From positions 1 through 36,450 of the IMG/VR virus record IMGVR_UViG_3300032225_000356: a DNA stretch of 36,450 nt. One strand, given 5' to 3'. Positions 7,798 through 17,611 of this stretch are shown one piece after another (positions within the stretch are counted from its first letter, which is position 1; each line of letters opens with the position of its first letter). This DNA comes from a virus (Duplodnaviria > Caudoviricetes). The position numbers and the translations under genes were made by a program. The notes under the pieces are model-generated. The model had not been told where the DNA came from. It saw only the letters and a list, made by a program, of their open reading frames with translations, and searched no databases.

Positions 7798-8121
7798 GTG
7801 GAACCTGGAATTTACAATTTTAATATTCCGCAAGGTGCAACCGTAAGCCAAGCCTTTACTATCGCAGGTTATGATCTAACAACTTGGACGGCAAAGTTAC
7901 AGGCTCGTACTTCATACGGTGCGCCAGATGCGTTTATTACTTTGACCAATGGCGCAGGTATTACGCTAGGCAACGGTACATTTCAAATTGATTTTACCTA
8001 CACTCAAACTAATTTATTCCCATTAGGCCAATGGGTTTATGATCTTGAAATTACTAACGGCGCAACTCGTTACCGTTTAATTCAAGGCAAGTTTAATGTC
8101 AGCCCACAGGTGACGATTTAA
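7798..8121 (+). CDS. Beta-sandwich adaptor-like protein preceding the fibre gene
   Basis: YNFNIPQGAT...YDLEIT...RLIQGKFNVSPQVT pattern seen in fibre-anchoring proteins. Confidence 0.7.
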   Translation: MEPGIYNFNIPQGATVSQAFTIAGYDLTTWTAKLQARTSYGAPDAFITLTNGAGITLGNGTFQIDFTYTQTNLFPLGQWVYDLEITNGATRYRLIQGKFNVSPQVTI

Positions 8122-10121
8122 TGGCTGGTGAAATTGCCACAACTGACACCATAGTTCAAGTCAATGTAACCGAAAGCGTTGTTGCATTAACTGTTGTTTC
8201 AAATCCAGTTGCGGTTACTGTTTCTGACGTTGGCATACAAGGTCCAACGGGTTTAACTGGTGCGACAGGTGCTACGGGCGCAACAGGCTCAAGCGGTGTA
8301 ATTGGCGTTACGGCTCCAATCACTAACTCTGGAACTTCAACTTCAGCACAACTAGGTTTAGATCAAACTGCTCTAAGTATCACGCCTAGTCAAGTTGCAG
8401 GTACAGCAGTAATCACAACTGACTCACGCCTAAGTGATACACGAACCCCAACCGATGCTTCGGTGACAGATGCAAAGATCGCAACAACTTTGAGTCCATC
8501 CAAAATTACTGGAACGGCTGCGGTCTTAGGCTCTGCCAACGCTTTTACAGTTGGCGGTCATACGATTACAAATGCAGTTGCTTCAATTATTCCGTTGCAG
8601 ATCAATGGTGCTGCTTCGCAAAGTGCAAACTTATTTGAAGTTAGAAACTCAACGCCAGCGATTATTGCAAGAATTACATCAAGTGGTGGAGTATTTTTAG
8701 ATGCACTTGGCGCATCAACAGTAAATGCTGGAAATGCTTTTGTTGTTGGTAGTGCTTATGGTGGCGTTAGATATAACAATGCAATGGTTTCCATACCTGC
8801 ATTGAGTCAAATTGGCACAATCATTCGGGCTAGTGCAAGTCAAACCCCAGACTTATTCCAATTTCAAAGTTCTACTTCTACAATTCTTGGCGGGCATAAT
8901 GCACTTGCCCAAATCTATTCAGGCTCAACTGCTCCACTTTACAAAGCGCAAGGTGGCGCAACTACCGCAACATTAGGTGATGGAACTACCGCAACAATTA
9001 CGACAACTTCAGCACATGGTTTTGCAGTTGGTGATCTTGTTGTCGTTGCAGGAATTACACCTGCTGGATACAACGGAACTTTTTCAATTACCGCAGTTGG
9101 CACAACTACAATTTCCTACCTAAACGCAACAACAGGAGCGCAAACTGTTGCGGGTACAGTTTCAGTTCCACCACAGGCAAGTATTACCCCAAGATCAGTC
9201 GGTACAGTTGGTTTAGTAGTTCGTGCTGCTGGTACACAAATTGCCAATTTACAAGAATGGCAAGATTCAACAGGTACAAGCATAACTAGAATTACTACAA
9301 CGGGTTCAATAAGTACAAACTCAATAACAGTTTCAGGCAGTTCTTCTTTTAACTTTCAAACAAACTTTCAAAATGCTGCTGTTACTCCACTTATTGCAAA
9401 GAATCTTGGTGGAGTTGCAGATGTATTTCAAATACAAAATGGTTCTGCGGTTGTAATTGCTGGCAATAACGTAGTTGGTCAGACTTTCACAGGCTCAACA
9501 ACAACAATTAACTCTGGCGTAGGTGGCGCAACAACGGCTGCATCTGGCGATGGCCTATTTGCAACTTTGACAATGACTACTGCAACTAACCTTGCAGTTG
9601 GTGATCGAATAGTTGTTGCTGGTGTAACTCCTACTGGTTACAACACAACAGGCGCACTTGTAACGGGAGTTAATAATGCTGGACCGTTCACAGTTTCGTA
9701 TCTTAACGGAACAACAGGAGCGCAAACTGTCGCTGGAACTGTTTCTACTCCAGCGCAAGCAAGTGTGACAGCGCGTAGTGCTGGAACTGTTGGGCAGATT
9801 ATTCGTGGTGCTGCTTCGCAATCTAGCGATTTACAACAATGGCAAACTTCTGGCGCAACAGTTTTGGCTAAAATTATTGCAGGGGGCAATATGTTTGCGA
9901 CAGATTTTAGAACTACAAATACTTACGGGTTATTAGGCGAAGCAAATTCTGGTGGGCGTTTATTTATGACTAGAGGAACAACAGCAGTCACCAATCCTGG
10001 AACGAACGCTGCAACACTTTATTTTCGCGATGGCACAACTGCTGGCACTCTCAAACTTGTCGTTCGCGCTGGAACTGCTGGCGCAGAAACGACAATTCTA
10101 GACAACATTCCACAAACCTAA
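8121..10121 (+). CDS. Fibre/adhesin-like structural protein with short collagen-like tract and internal duplication
   Basis: GPTGLTGATGATGATG tract; T/A/G/S-rich; two repeats at a 190-aa period. Confidence 0.8.
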   Translation: MAGEIATTDTIVQVNVTESVVALTVVSNPVAVTVSDVGIQGPTGLTGATGATGATGSSGVIGVTAPITNSGTSTSAQLGLDQTALSITPSQVAGTAVITTDSRLSDTRTPTDASVTDAKIATTLSPSKITGTAAVLGSANAFTVGGHTITNAVASIIPLQINGAASQSANLFEVRNSTPAIIARITSSGGVFLDALGASTVNAGNAFVVGSAYGGVRYNNAMVSIPALSQIGTIIRASASQTPDLFQFQSSTSTILGGHNALAQIYSGSTAPLYKAQGGATTATLGDGTTATITTTSAHGFAVGDLVVVAGITPAGYNGTFSITAVGTTTISYLNATTGAQTVAGTVSVPPQASITPRSVGTVGLVVRAAGTQIANLQEWQDSTGTSITRITTTGSISTNSITVSGSSSFNFQTNFQNAAVTPLIAKNLGGVADVFQIQNGSAVVIAGNNVVGQTFTGSTTTINSGVGGATTAASGDGLFATLTMTTATNLAVGDRIVVAGVTPTGYNTTGALVTGVNNAGPFTVSYLNGTTGAQTVAGTVSTPAQASVTARSAGTVGQIIRGAASQSSDLQQWQTSGATVLAKIIAGGNMFATDFRTTNTYGLLGEANSGGRLFMTRGTTAVTNPGTNAATLYFRDGTTAGTLKLVVRAGTAGAETTILDNIPQT

Positions 10122-10131
10122 GGGAAAACAA

Positions 10132-10356
10132 ATGGCTATTGATTTCAACACACTTCTAACAGATGAACACAAGCGCAACTTACTAACACAGCGAATTGAG
10201 CAATTTGCTGGCGAAGCATATCAGCATGAATTAAACCGCCAGATCGCTGAAAAGATCAACGACTCTGAATCGGTTGCCAGTTCAATGGCTGCATTAGTCA
10301 CGCTTGAAACTGCAATTACGGTTCACCAAGAAGAACTAGATTCTTTAACCGCATAG
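10132..10356 (+). CDS. Hypothetical helical protein (possible fibre chaperone)
   Basis: SD AAGGG; follows the fibre gene. Confidence 0.7.
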   Translation: MAIDFNTLLTDEHKRNLLTQRIEQFAGEAYQHELNRQIAEKINDSESVASSMAALVTLETAITVHQEELDSLTA

Positions 10357-10414
10357 ACAAACACACTAACTGTTTGGGACAATTAACCCAACTTAAATTT
10401 TAAGGAGTTCCATT

Positions 10415-11788
10415 TTGGCGCGCAAGGCAAATACACCTGATACGGCTGTCTATGCTTCTATCTTGAAATTTGAAGATCAGGAAGATGGAACTTTACTGGT
10501 ACACGGTAAAGCAACTGACGATACCTTGGATTCAGACGAACAAGTATGCGACCCTGCTTGGCTAGAACGCGCCATGCCAGAATGGTTTAAATTTGGAAAC
10601 ATCCGCGAACAACATTCTTCTATTGCTGCTGGTGTAGCAACTGAATACAAGAATCAAGGCTCCGAGCATTTTATTACTGCTCATGTTGTGGACCCTTCTT
10701 CAATTAAAAAAGTTAAGGCTGGTGTACTCAAGGGATTTTCTATTGGTATACGCCGCCCAAGAGTAGTTAAAGATAGCAAGGCCATTGGTGGACGTATTGT
10801 TGACGGACAAATTGTTGAAATTAGTCTTGTAGATCGTCCTGCTAATCCTGCTTGCACATTAACTATTGCTAAAACCATAGATTCCGAACTCGTACAAGTT
10901 GAGGAATACACTCAAACCGAAGGTGAAAAAATGTCCAAAATTACAGCAAGTTCAATTATTGAATTAGCAAAAGGCTTTGCAGCCGATACGGTTAAGTTTG
11001 ATAAGGATGCTTTTGAAGCCGCTCGCCGCGCACTAGCAACTTTAATCATGGTTGAAGCAAATGAAATGGGCGAAGGTTCTGATGAAAATTATTCCATCTC
11101 TTGCCTACTTGCAGCAACACACGCACTAATGGAATGGTACGAAGGTGAAGCCCGTGAAGGTGAAGTAGCACCTATGCCAGAAGAATCCGAAGAAATGGAA
11201 ATGGCTATTGAACCAGAATCCATTAAAGAAGAAGATTTAACTATGTGTAAAGAATGTGGCAAGGCTGAAGCCGATTGCAAGTGCAAAGAGTATAAAGCCG
11301 ATGGCGAAATGTGTGATGATTGCGGCAAAGAAATGGATTTATGTATGTGCGATAAATCTAAGTCTGCTGAAAAATGCCTTGAATGTGGATGCCACCAACC
11401 TGCTGAAGATCACGGCAGAAACGATGTAACTACTGCCGTAGTTATTAGTTCAGATGAAAAGTCTGATACCCCAGAAGTTTCCGATATCAAAACTATTGTT
11501 GAAGATATTGTGAAAGCGTTACTAACCAACCCAACGGTTGGCGAAGAAATTGCGACAAAGGCTACTGAATCCGAACGCATTAAGGCGTTGGAATCAGAAC
11601 TAGCACAGGTCAAATCTCTTGCCGCACCAAGTGGACCAAAGCGTTTCGCTGCGGTGAGTAACACAAGCGTCAATGTTAATAAAAGTAAGGCTGCGGTTTA
11701 CCGCGCCAAGGCTGCTGCAACATTAGACAAATCGCTTGCAAATGGCTACCTAGCCTTAGCGATTGACCTAGAAAAATCCGATTCCTAA
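10415..11788 (+). CDS. Prohead protease / scaffolding protein
   Basis: HK97-like protease motifs (IREQH, LKGFSIG, EISLVDRPANP); acidic, Cys-rich C-terminal half; SD AGGAG before TTG. Confidence 0.9.
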   Translation: MARKANTPDTAVYASILKFEDQEDGTLLVHGKATDDTLDSDEQVCDPAWLERAMPEWFKFGNIREQHSSIAAGVATEYKNQGSEHFITAHVVDPSSIKKVKAGVLKGFSIGIRRPRVVKDSKAIGGRIVDGQIVEISLVDRPANPACTLTIAKTIDSELVQVEEYTQTEGEKMSKITASSIIELAKGFAADTVKFDKDAFEAARRALATLIMVEANEMGEGSDENYSISCLLAATHALMEWYEGEAREGEVAPMPEESEEMEMAIEPESIKEEDLTMCKECGKAEADCKCKEYKADGEMCDDCGKEMDLCMCDKSKSAEKCLECGCHQPAEDHGRNDVTTAVVISSDEKSDTPEVSDIKTIVEDIVKALLTNPTVGEEIATKATESERIKALESELAQVKSLAAPSGPKRFAAVSNTSVNVNKSKAAVYRAKAAATLDKSLANGYLALAIDLEKSDS

Positions 11789-11812
11789 CTAAACGAAAGG
11801 TTGGTTCAGCAA

Positions 11813-13498
11813 ATGTCTGAAGCACCAAAGGTCACAGACCTATACGGCGATCTATCGCCACGGGAAGCGGCTGCTCGCCACGAAGAATACCTTGGAGAAT
11901 TAACCAAGTCTAATAGCAAGCCTATTAGTGCTGGTTCAATGATTCAGGGTTCACCAATGGCTGCACTCGCTCCCCAGTCCCCATCCGCCGCTATCGAAGC
12001 CGTACTTGGCAACGAAAGCATGGTTAAGTCAATGGCTCCAGAAGCCCTTGCGTCACTAAACTCTGCACTAGAGTCACAGCGCGCAATTGGAGCAGACATT
12101 GTTAAAGACTTAACTCTTACTAGCCCAATCTCAACTGGTCTTGTAGCCTTCGATCTTGAAGCACCTGCAAAACTTCTTACCCCACGTCCAACCCCATTGC
12201 GCAACAAGATTCCACGCAAGAAGGGTGTCGGTACTTCACACCGCATCAAGGTAATTAGCGGTTACACAGGTACAGGCACAGGCGGCGTAGGTAATACCTT
12301 TCCAGGTATCACCGATGCAACCACAACTGCTTTCGGTTCTGTTAACTACTTGCGTGGTCCTAAAATCTCTTACGCTGGTTACGACAAGGCTGTAAACTAC
12401 AAGCAGTTCTCGCTATCCGATGCTGTTCCATTCTCGGCACAGTTCCAAGGACAGGGATACCAAGACATTCGCCAACTTTCACAGACAAGCGTTCTTTACG
12501 CTTCGATGTTAATGGAAGAGCGTATGTTGCTTATGGGTCGCGGAACCGACACAGGTTTCTCTGGCGCATTATCCGCACCAACATTCTCGCTATCTGCACC
12601 AAATACCGTAACAGGTCAGACTGCTATTGCAGCCACAACCTACTACGTTAACGTGACTGCTGATGCTGGCGCATTTGGTGAATCCATTGTTGGAACAGAA
12701 GCAAACGTTGTTGTTGCCGCTGGCAAGGTACTCCAGATTGACATTACTCCTGTTACTGGCGCACTTGGTTACAACATCTACGTTGGAACTTCAACTGGTT
12801 CTGCTAACCTTAAGTATCAGGGACGCGCCGCTGGAACGAAATTCGTTGTTCAGGGTGCTGCTTCTATCGTTACTGTTGGCGATACTGCACCATTGACAAC
12901 AACTGGTGCTGCTGCAACTCGCGCTGCTGCTGACACTTCTGCTTACGCAACTGGTTACGATGGCATCCTGCCTACCGTACTTGGCGCAGATAGCGGAAAA
13001 ATCAACCGAATCAACTCAACATTTAGCACCAGCAATCCTGGTTCTGAATTCCAAGTTGTATTCAGCGCACTTTACGATGCAGTAAAGGCTGACCCAGATG
13101 AGGTACTGCTTAACGGTCTAGATCGTAAGCAACTATCTGATGCAATTAAGTCAGGTTCAACTGCTAACTACCGTCTAAACATCTCACAAGATGAAATCGG
13201 TGGCGTAGTGCTTGGTGACGTAGTAACTGGACTTCAGAACGAAGTTACAGGTAAGGGTGTATCTCTAACGGTTCATCCTTGGTTGCCACAGGGCGTTGCA
13301 CCTGTATTGTCTTACACGCTTCCAATTCCAGATACAAATGTGTCTGATGTTTGGGCTGTATTCAATACACAGGATTACATGGCTATTGAATGGCCTGTAA
13401 CCCAGTTCGCATACGAAACCAGCACATACTGGAACGGCACTTTCCAATGCCAAGCACCAGCATGGAACGGTGTTGTATCGGGCATTATCTCTGCATAA
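11813..13498 (+). CDS. Major capsid protein with Ig/FN3-like insertion (ORF open from 11801)
   Basis: Position after the protease, strongly biased codon usage, followed by a strong terminator. Confidence 0.88.
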   Translation: MSEAPKVTDLYGDLSPREAAARHEEYLGELTKSNSKPISAGSMIQGSPMAALAPQSPSAAIEAVLGNESMVKSMAPEALASLNSALESQRAIGADIVKDLTLTSPISTGLVAFDLEAPAKLLTPRPTPLRNKIPRKKGVGTSHRIKVISGYTGTGTGGVGNTFPGITDATTTAFGSVNYLRGPKISYAGYDKAVNYKQFSLSDAVPFSAQFQGQGYQDIRQLSQTSVLYASMLMEERMLLMGRGTDTGFSGALSAPTFSLSAPNTVTGQTAIAATTYYVNVTADAGAFGESIVGTEANVVVAAGKVLQIDITPVTGALGYNIYVGTSTGSANLKYQGRAAGTKFVVQGAASIVTVGDTAPLTTTGAAATRAAADTSAYATGYDGILPTVLGADSGKINRINSTFSTSNPGSEFQVVFSALYDAVKADPDEVLLNGLDRKQLSDAIKSGSTANYRLNISQDEIGGVVLGDVVTGLQNEVTGKGVSLTVHPWLPQGVAPVLSYTLPIPDTNVSDVWAVFNTQDYMAIEWPVTQFAYETSTYWNGTFQCQAPAWNGVVSGIISA

Positions 13499-13513
13499 CG
13501 CATAGACAAGTCC

Positions 13514-13557
13514 GTGTGACCCCTGCCCACTAAATCAGGGTAGGGGTCACACTCTTT
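13514..13557 (+). terminator. Intrinsic terminator after the capsid gene
   Basis: 15-bp stem GTGTGACCCCTGCCC / GGGTAGGGGTCACAC followed by TCTTT. Confidence 0.85.
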
Positions 13558-13572
13558 ATGGAAGGTAAAGTA

Positions 13573-13860
13573 ATGGCAAAGTATTTTGCAAGCGATAGGC
13601 GCGCAGTAGAAGTAACTATTGAAGGCGCACGAACAGGCTCTACGCGAACACTTAGAGCAGACAAGAAAGGGTTTTATGAAGTCACTAATAGTTCTGATGC
13701 TAAAGCCCTTAAAGATTCTGGTTTTGTGGAAGCATCACTTATGGGGCCGAGTAGCGGAATCGGTGGCTATCTTTGTGATAAATGCGGTTTCAACGGTTGG
13801 TTTCGCACTTGCGGGAAGTGCGGCACTACACAGGACGGTCCACAAGATGCTGGTCCCTGA
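13573..13860 (+). CDS. Hypothetical protein with C-terminal Zn ribbon
   Basis: SD GAAGGT; CDKCGF...CGKCG. Confidence 0.75.
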   Translation: MAKYFASDRRAVEVTIEGARTGSTRTLRADKKGFYEVTNSSDAKALKDSGFVEASLMGPSSGIGGYLCDKCGFNGWFRTCGKCGTTQDGPQDAGP

Positions 13861-13948
13861 TCAAACTAAAAACATTAAACCTGAAAACATTTACGATGCC
13901 AATGTTTGCGAAGATTGCATTGTTGAAGATTGCGATTGTGAGAATTAG
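13847..13948 (+). CDS. Possible 33-aa Cys-rich acidic microprotein
   Basis: MLVPDQ...CEDCIVEDCDCEN fills the gap before the adaptor gene. Confidence 0.45.
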   Translation: MLVPDQTKNIKPENIYDANVCEDCIVEDCDCEN

Positions 13949-13950
13949 TA

Positions 13951-14847
13951 ATGGCTAACCTTTATGGCAGTACAACACAGGCGTACTCTACTCCGTATCT
14001 CACGGTTGGCGAATACAAGCAAGCACCAACTTCTATTGACTATGACAACCTTGTAACTTCTTCTAGCGACCCTGATGTACAGGATGCAGAACTAGCAAAC
14101 GTTATTGCTCGCGCTTCAAGTTGGATTGATGGTTTTTGTAATCAGGTACTTGCCGCAACCGTAGAAACAGAACAACAGCGCGTTAGATTGCGTCCTGATG
14201 GTTTTCTAGCAATACATCCAAACTTTGACCCATTGATTGCTTTAACAAGTCTTTCATTCGGTATCACTCCTTCACAAATGGTATCTTTTCCAGACGTATC
14301 TGTTGGATGGTTAGAAGATCATTCAATTATCATTCCTTATACCGCCGCAAACATTTCTTATTCAAGCCAAGGCCCACTTCAATTTGGTATGCCAGCGATT
14401 CCCCGCGCTCCTGTATTTTGCAAATACACTTACATTGCTGGATACGCAAACACCACAATTAGCGTTCTTGCAAATGCTGGCTCTACTTCTTTAACAGTTA
14501 AAAGCGGTGCTGGAATTATTGCTGGTTCGAGTCTAACTATTTATGACGGAAAAGAAACCGAAGTAGTAACCGTTGCGTCAAATTATGTATTTGGTTCAAC
14601 TACTGTTCCATTGGTTAATGCCACTTCTTATACTCATGCTGCTGGAGATGCTATTTCTGCATTGCCACCAGCAGTAAAGCAAGCGGCTATATTAGCAACT
14701 ACCGCTTATTTAAAGTCGCGTGGTGATTACGCTTTAGTTATGCAAGCAACCAATTCAGCAGGACAAGTTTCAGACAACACAAATAGCGGTAACTATGATT
14801 TTAGTTTGGCAAGAGAATTATTAAGACCGTTTGTTAGAGTTCGTTAA
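13951..14847 (+). CDS. Head-to-tail adaptor
   Basis: Position; IARASSWIDGFC and LPPAVKQAA motifs of gp15/gp6-like connectors, with an inserted beta domain. Confidence 0.8.
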   Translation: MANLYGSTTQAYSTPYLTVGEYKQAPTSIDYDNLVTSSSDPDVQDAELANVIARASSWIDGFCNQVLAATVETEQQRVRLRPDGFLAIHPNFDPLIALTSLSFGITPSQMVSFPDVSVGWLEDHSIIIPYTAANISYSSQGPLQFGMPAIPRAPVFCKYTYIAGYANTTISVLANAGSTSLTVKSGAGIIAGSSLTIYDGKETEVVTVASNYVFGSTTVPLVNATSYTHAAGDAISALPPAVKQAAILATTAYLKSRGDYALVMQATNSAGQVSDNTNSGNYDFSLARELLRPFVRVR

Positions 14848-15335
14848 TGTCTAGAGCAGAAGTAAGATCACAACTTTATTCTTTTTTAACATCTGCAACT
14901 ACCCTTACTGATGTTAATCAAGTCTTTACTTCATTTCCAAAACAAATTAACTTTCAAAAAAATTCTACGGCTGGACAAAAATCTAGGGCTGTTGTCGTTA
15001 TCTTTGTTGAAAATGAAAATGAAACTCGTATTGCTTTAGGTGGCGCAACTTCTGGAAAGAAAAGAATTGATTACGGAGTAATAGTTCAAGTATTTCACCA
15101 CTCATCTCAACCTAATGCCGAAGATGCTATGGACGACTTTGACGCAACAATAGATTCCATTAAAGACCGATTGCGCTCCGATCATAGATTTGGAAACCCA
15201 AACGGTAATTTAATTTGGCAAGGTGCAGAACCAGAAATTTCAGTTGATTATGGCGAACCACTATCTAGTGATCGTGGCGTTACCGAAACTTGGGCATCTA
15301 TTAGATTTCAAGTTACGCAAATTTATACTGCGTAG
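14847..15335 (+). CDS. Neck / tail terminator-like protein
   Basis: Position, size and TAATG coupling. Confidence 0.65.
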   Translation: MSRAEVRSQLYSFLTSATTLTDVNQVFTSFPKQINFQKNSTAGQKSRAVVVIFVENENETRIALGGATSGKKRIDYGVIVQVFHHSSQPNAEDAMDDFDATIDSIKDRLRSDHRFGNPNGNLIWQGAEPEISVDYGEPLSSDRGVTETWASIRFQVTQIYTA

Positions 15336-15342
15336 CCTGATA

Positions 15343-15384
15343 GGTGTAGGGCTAGGATGCCTTCCCCTAGCCCTACACCACTTT
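15343..15384 (+). terminator. Strong hairpin (terminator or processing site)
   Basis: GGTGTAGGGCTAGG / CCTAGCCCTACACC perfect 14-bp stem with a weak U tail. Confidence 0.65.
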
Positions 15385-15399
15385 AGATAGGACATAATT

Positions 15400-15831
15400 T
15401 TGGATATTAACATGAATGGCGACAAGGCACTTAAAGCCTTGCAGGACATAGCAATAAAAGCAGATAAAGCCATGCTAAAGGCAAGCAAAAAGGTAGGCAT
15501 GGATGCAACAAGAGTTATGAAAAAACAAATTCAAGGACGGCATAAATTAAATACAAAAAGGCCAAATCCTGCCCCACCAGATAAATCGCCAATGAATGTA
15601 ACGGGTGACTTAAGAAGGTCCATTCGTTCTGATGTAAAAAAAGGTTTCATAGGTTATACGGTCATTGTTGGTGCGTATCAAGTTTATGCGCGTCAATTAG
15701 AATACGGCGGTAAAAACTGGAAGTCTGGCGCAAAGTATCCTTTTGTGGAACCTACTGCTAAAATTATGTTGACAAACAACAGAGCGCAAAACATTTATAA
15801 AAATGCTATGCGCGATGCGTTAAGTAAATAG
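15400..15831 (+). CDS. HK97 gp10-like tail completion protein (start may be ATG 15412)
   Basis: TGDLRRSI, YARQLEYG and YPFVEP motifs. Confidence 0.82.
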   Translation: MDINMNGDKALKALQDIAIKADKAMLKASKKVGMDATRVMKKQIQGRHKLNTKRPNPAPPDKSPMNVTGDLRRSIRSDVKKGFIGYTVIVGAYQVYARQLEYGGKNWKSGAKYPFVEPTAKIMLTNNRAQNIYKNAMRDALSK

Positions 15832-15839
15832 GAGTTGTC

Positions 15840-16040
15840 TTGGCTAAGTTTCGTGCTGATATTGACGAAGTGCGGTATTACCCGACATTAGGTATTGAAG
15901 TTTCACCGCAAGATGTAGTTGACTTGCCATCCGATACTGATGCTTATGGATTAAATCCAGTAGGCGAAAGCAAGAAAGCGGATACTAAAGTGGTAGCCGT
16001 TGAAGATGCTGCTGCGGCAGCCGACATTGTTGAGGTGTAA
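15840..16040 (+). CDS. Hypothetical protein
   Basis: SD AGGAG before TTG. Confidence 0.7.
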   Translation: MAKFRADIDEVRYYPTLGIEVSPQDVVDLPSDTDAYGLNPVGESKKADTKVVAVEDAAAAADIVEV

Positions 16041-16044
16041 TTAA

Positions 16045-17232
16045 ATGGCTTTACCAAAGTATAGATCATTTCTTGGGGTTGCTAAAGAAGCCACGCGCGC
16101 CAATGGCGCAGTACCAATTCCTGTTGCTGCCACAGACTTCATTCCGTGTAAAAACATTACGCCATTTGACAACATTAAATACCTAGCCGATGAAGGTTGG
16201 CGCGGTTCTATGGTTTCCAATTATGGTGAAGTACAAGGTCCAATTTATTCTGAATTTGAATTTGGTGGAGATGTATTTGCTGACACCATTGGCTACCCAT
16301 TGGCTGGCGTTCTAGGCGACTACGCAATTACTGGCGCGTCTACTCCTTACACGCACACAATGGCTGTTAAGAACTCTGGTACAGGCCAAGCCACTTCTTA
16401 CACTTTAACCGATTACAACGCTATTGATGCTCGTCAATTTTCTGGCGTACAGTTTGGTTCATTTGGCTTAAAGTTTTCTGCAGAAAATCTTTTGGAATAC
16501 ACGGCTATGGGCAATGGCTATCAGTCTGCTGGTTCTGCAACAATTACAACTGCAACTGGTGCTGCTGGAACAGTAACTTACACCGCCGTTAATAACTTTT
16601 ACGTTGGTCAAATTGTTACCATTACGGGTAACTCGCTTGCCGCGCTTAACCTAACGGCACAGACGATTGTTACTGCAAGCGCAACACAATTTACGGTTTC
16701 TAACGCTGCTACTGGTACGGGTACAGGTGGTACGGCTGCCGTAGTAATTCCAACCACTTCTTATACGGCAGTACCACCATCTGCCGTTTGGTACGGAACA
16801 ACTACTATTGCTAGTTCATTAACTGCTAAATTAGCAGAAGGTGATTTAAACATTAAGCGAACTTTAACCCCTATTCATACTGTGGATGGTTCACAAACTC
16901 CTTACCAGATTTTCCAAGGTCCAGTAGAAGTTGACGGAACTTTAAAGTTAATTATGGAAGATAATACGGACATAAATCGTTATTTGCAAAATACTCAACC
17001 ATCTTTAGTATTAAACTGGACTCAAGGTACTGGTGCTGCATTAACTCAAATTCAATTTACTTTAAGCAAGTGCGCATTTACAGTTGCTAAGGTTGACAGA
17101 AGTAAAGACTTTGTTGAAGTTGATATTAACTTCATTGGAGTTTCTAATACAAATGACATAGGTGCTTCTGGTGGTTACTCACCTGTTAAAGTAATCTTAC
17201 AGAATGCAAAATCAACTGCTGTATACGCATAA
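16045..17232 (+). CDS. Major tail tube protein with inserted beta domain
   Basis: Position before the chaperone and tape measure genes; SFLGVAKE N-terminal motif. Confidence 0.88.
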   Translation: MALPKYRSFLGVAKEATRANGAVPIPVAATDFIPCKNITPFDNIKYLADEGWRGSMVSNYGEVQGPIYSEFEFGGDVFADTIGYPLAGVLGDYAITGASTPYTHTMAVKNSGTGQATSYTLTDYNAIDARQFSGVQFGSFGLKFSAENLLEYTAMGNGYQSAGSATITTATGAAGTVTYTAVNNFYVGQIVTITGNSLAALNLTAQTIVTASATQFTVSNAATGTGTGGTAAVVIPTTSYTAVPPSAVWYGTTTIASSLTAKLAEGDLNIKRTLTPIHTVDGSQTPYQIFQGPVEVDGTLKLIMEDNTDINRYLQNTQPSLVLNWTQGTGAALTQIQFTLSKCAFTVAKVDRSKDFVEVDINFIGVSNTNDIGASGGYSPVKVILQNAKSTAVYA

Positions 17233-17251
17233 AAATTAAGGAAGGCAAAAC

Positions 17252-17611
17252 ATGAGAGTAGAAGTTTATTCAGGCTGGATTCAATTAAGAGAGCCAGAAC
17301 TTGTCCCTGAAAGATTGCGGCGACCTGTATTTGAAAAAAGCGTTTCTGGTGTTTCTTTTGTAGATAACGAAGATGCAACCATTAACGAAGATACCATGAA
17401 ATTCTTTAGTGAATTTAATGATCTAGTTGCTATTGCAATGATTTCTGAATGGTCGTTTGAAGCACCATTAACTATTGATGGAATGTTAGATTTGCCTAGC
17501 AAGTCTTACGATGAAATCAGAACTGCGGTTAGTCCTTTTGTTACGAAACTAATTCCAAGTTTTGGAGTTGACCCTGACCCAAAAGCAACTACCGAGAACT
17601 CCGAAGAATAA
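17252..17611 (+). CDS. Tail assembly chaperone (gpG-like)
   Basis: Between tube and tape measure; contains slippery C CCA AAA at 17578-17584. Confidence 0.88.
   Translation: MRVEVYSGWIQLREPELVPERLRRPVFEKSVSGVSFVDNEDATINEDTMKFFSEFNDLVAIAMISEWSFEAPLTIDGMLDLPSKSYDEIRTAVSPFVTKLIPSFGVDPDPKATTENSEE

Noticed and set aside
11786-11813. Stop-codon read-through fusing protease/scaffold to capsid (same frame, single TAA)
   Set aside because: Same phase has a 1-in-3 chance, TAA is rarely read through, and the capsid gene has its own GAAAGG SD.
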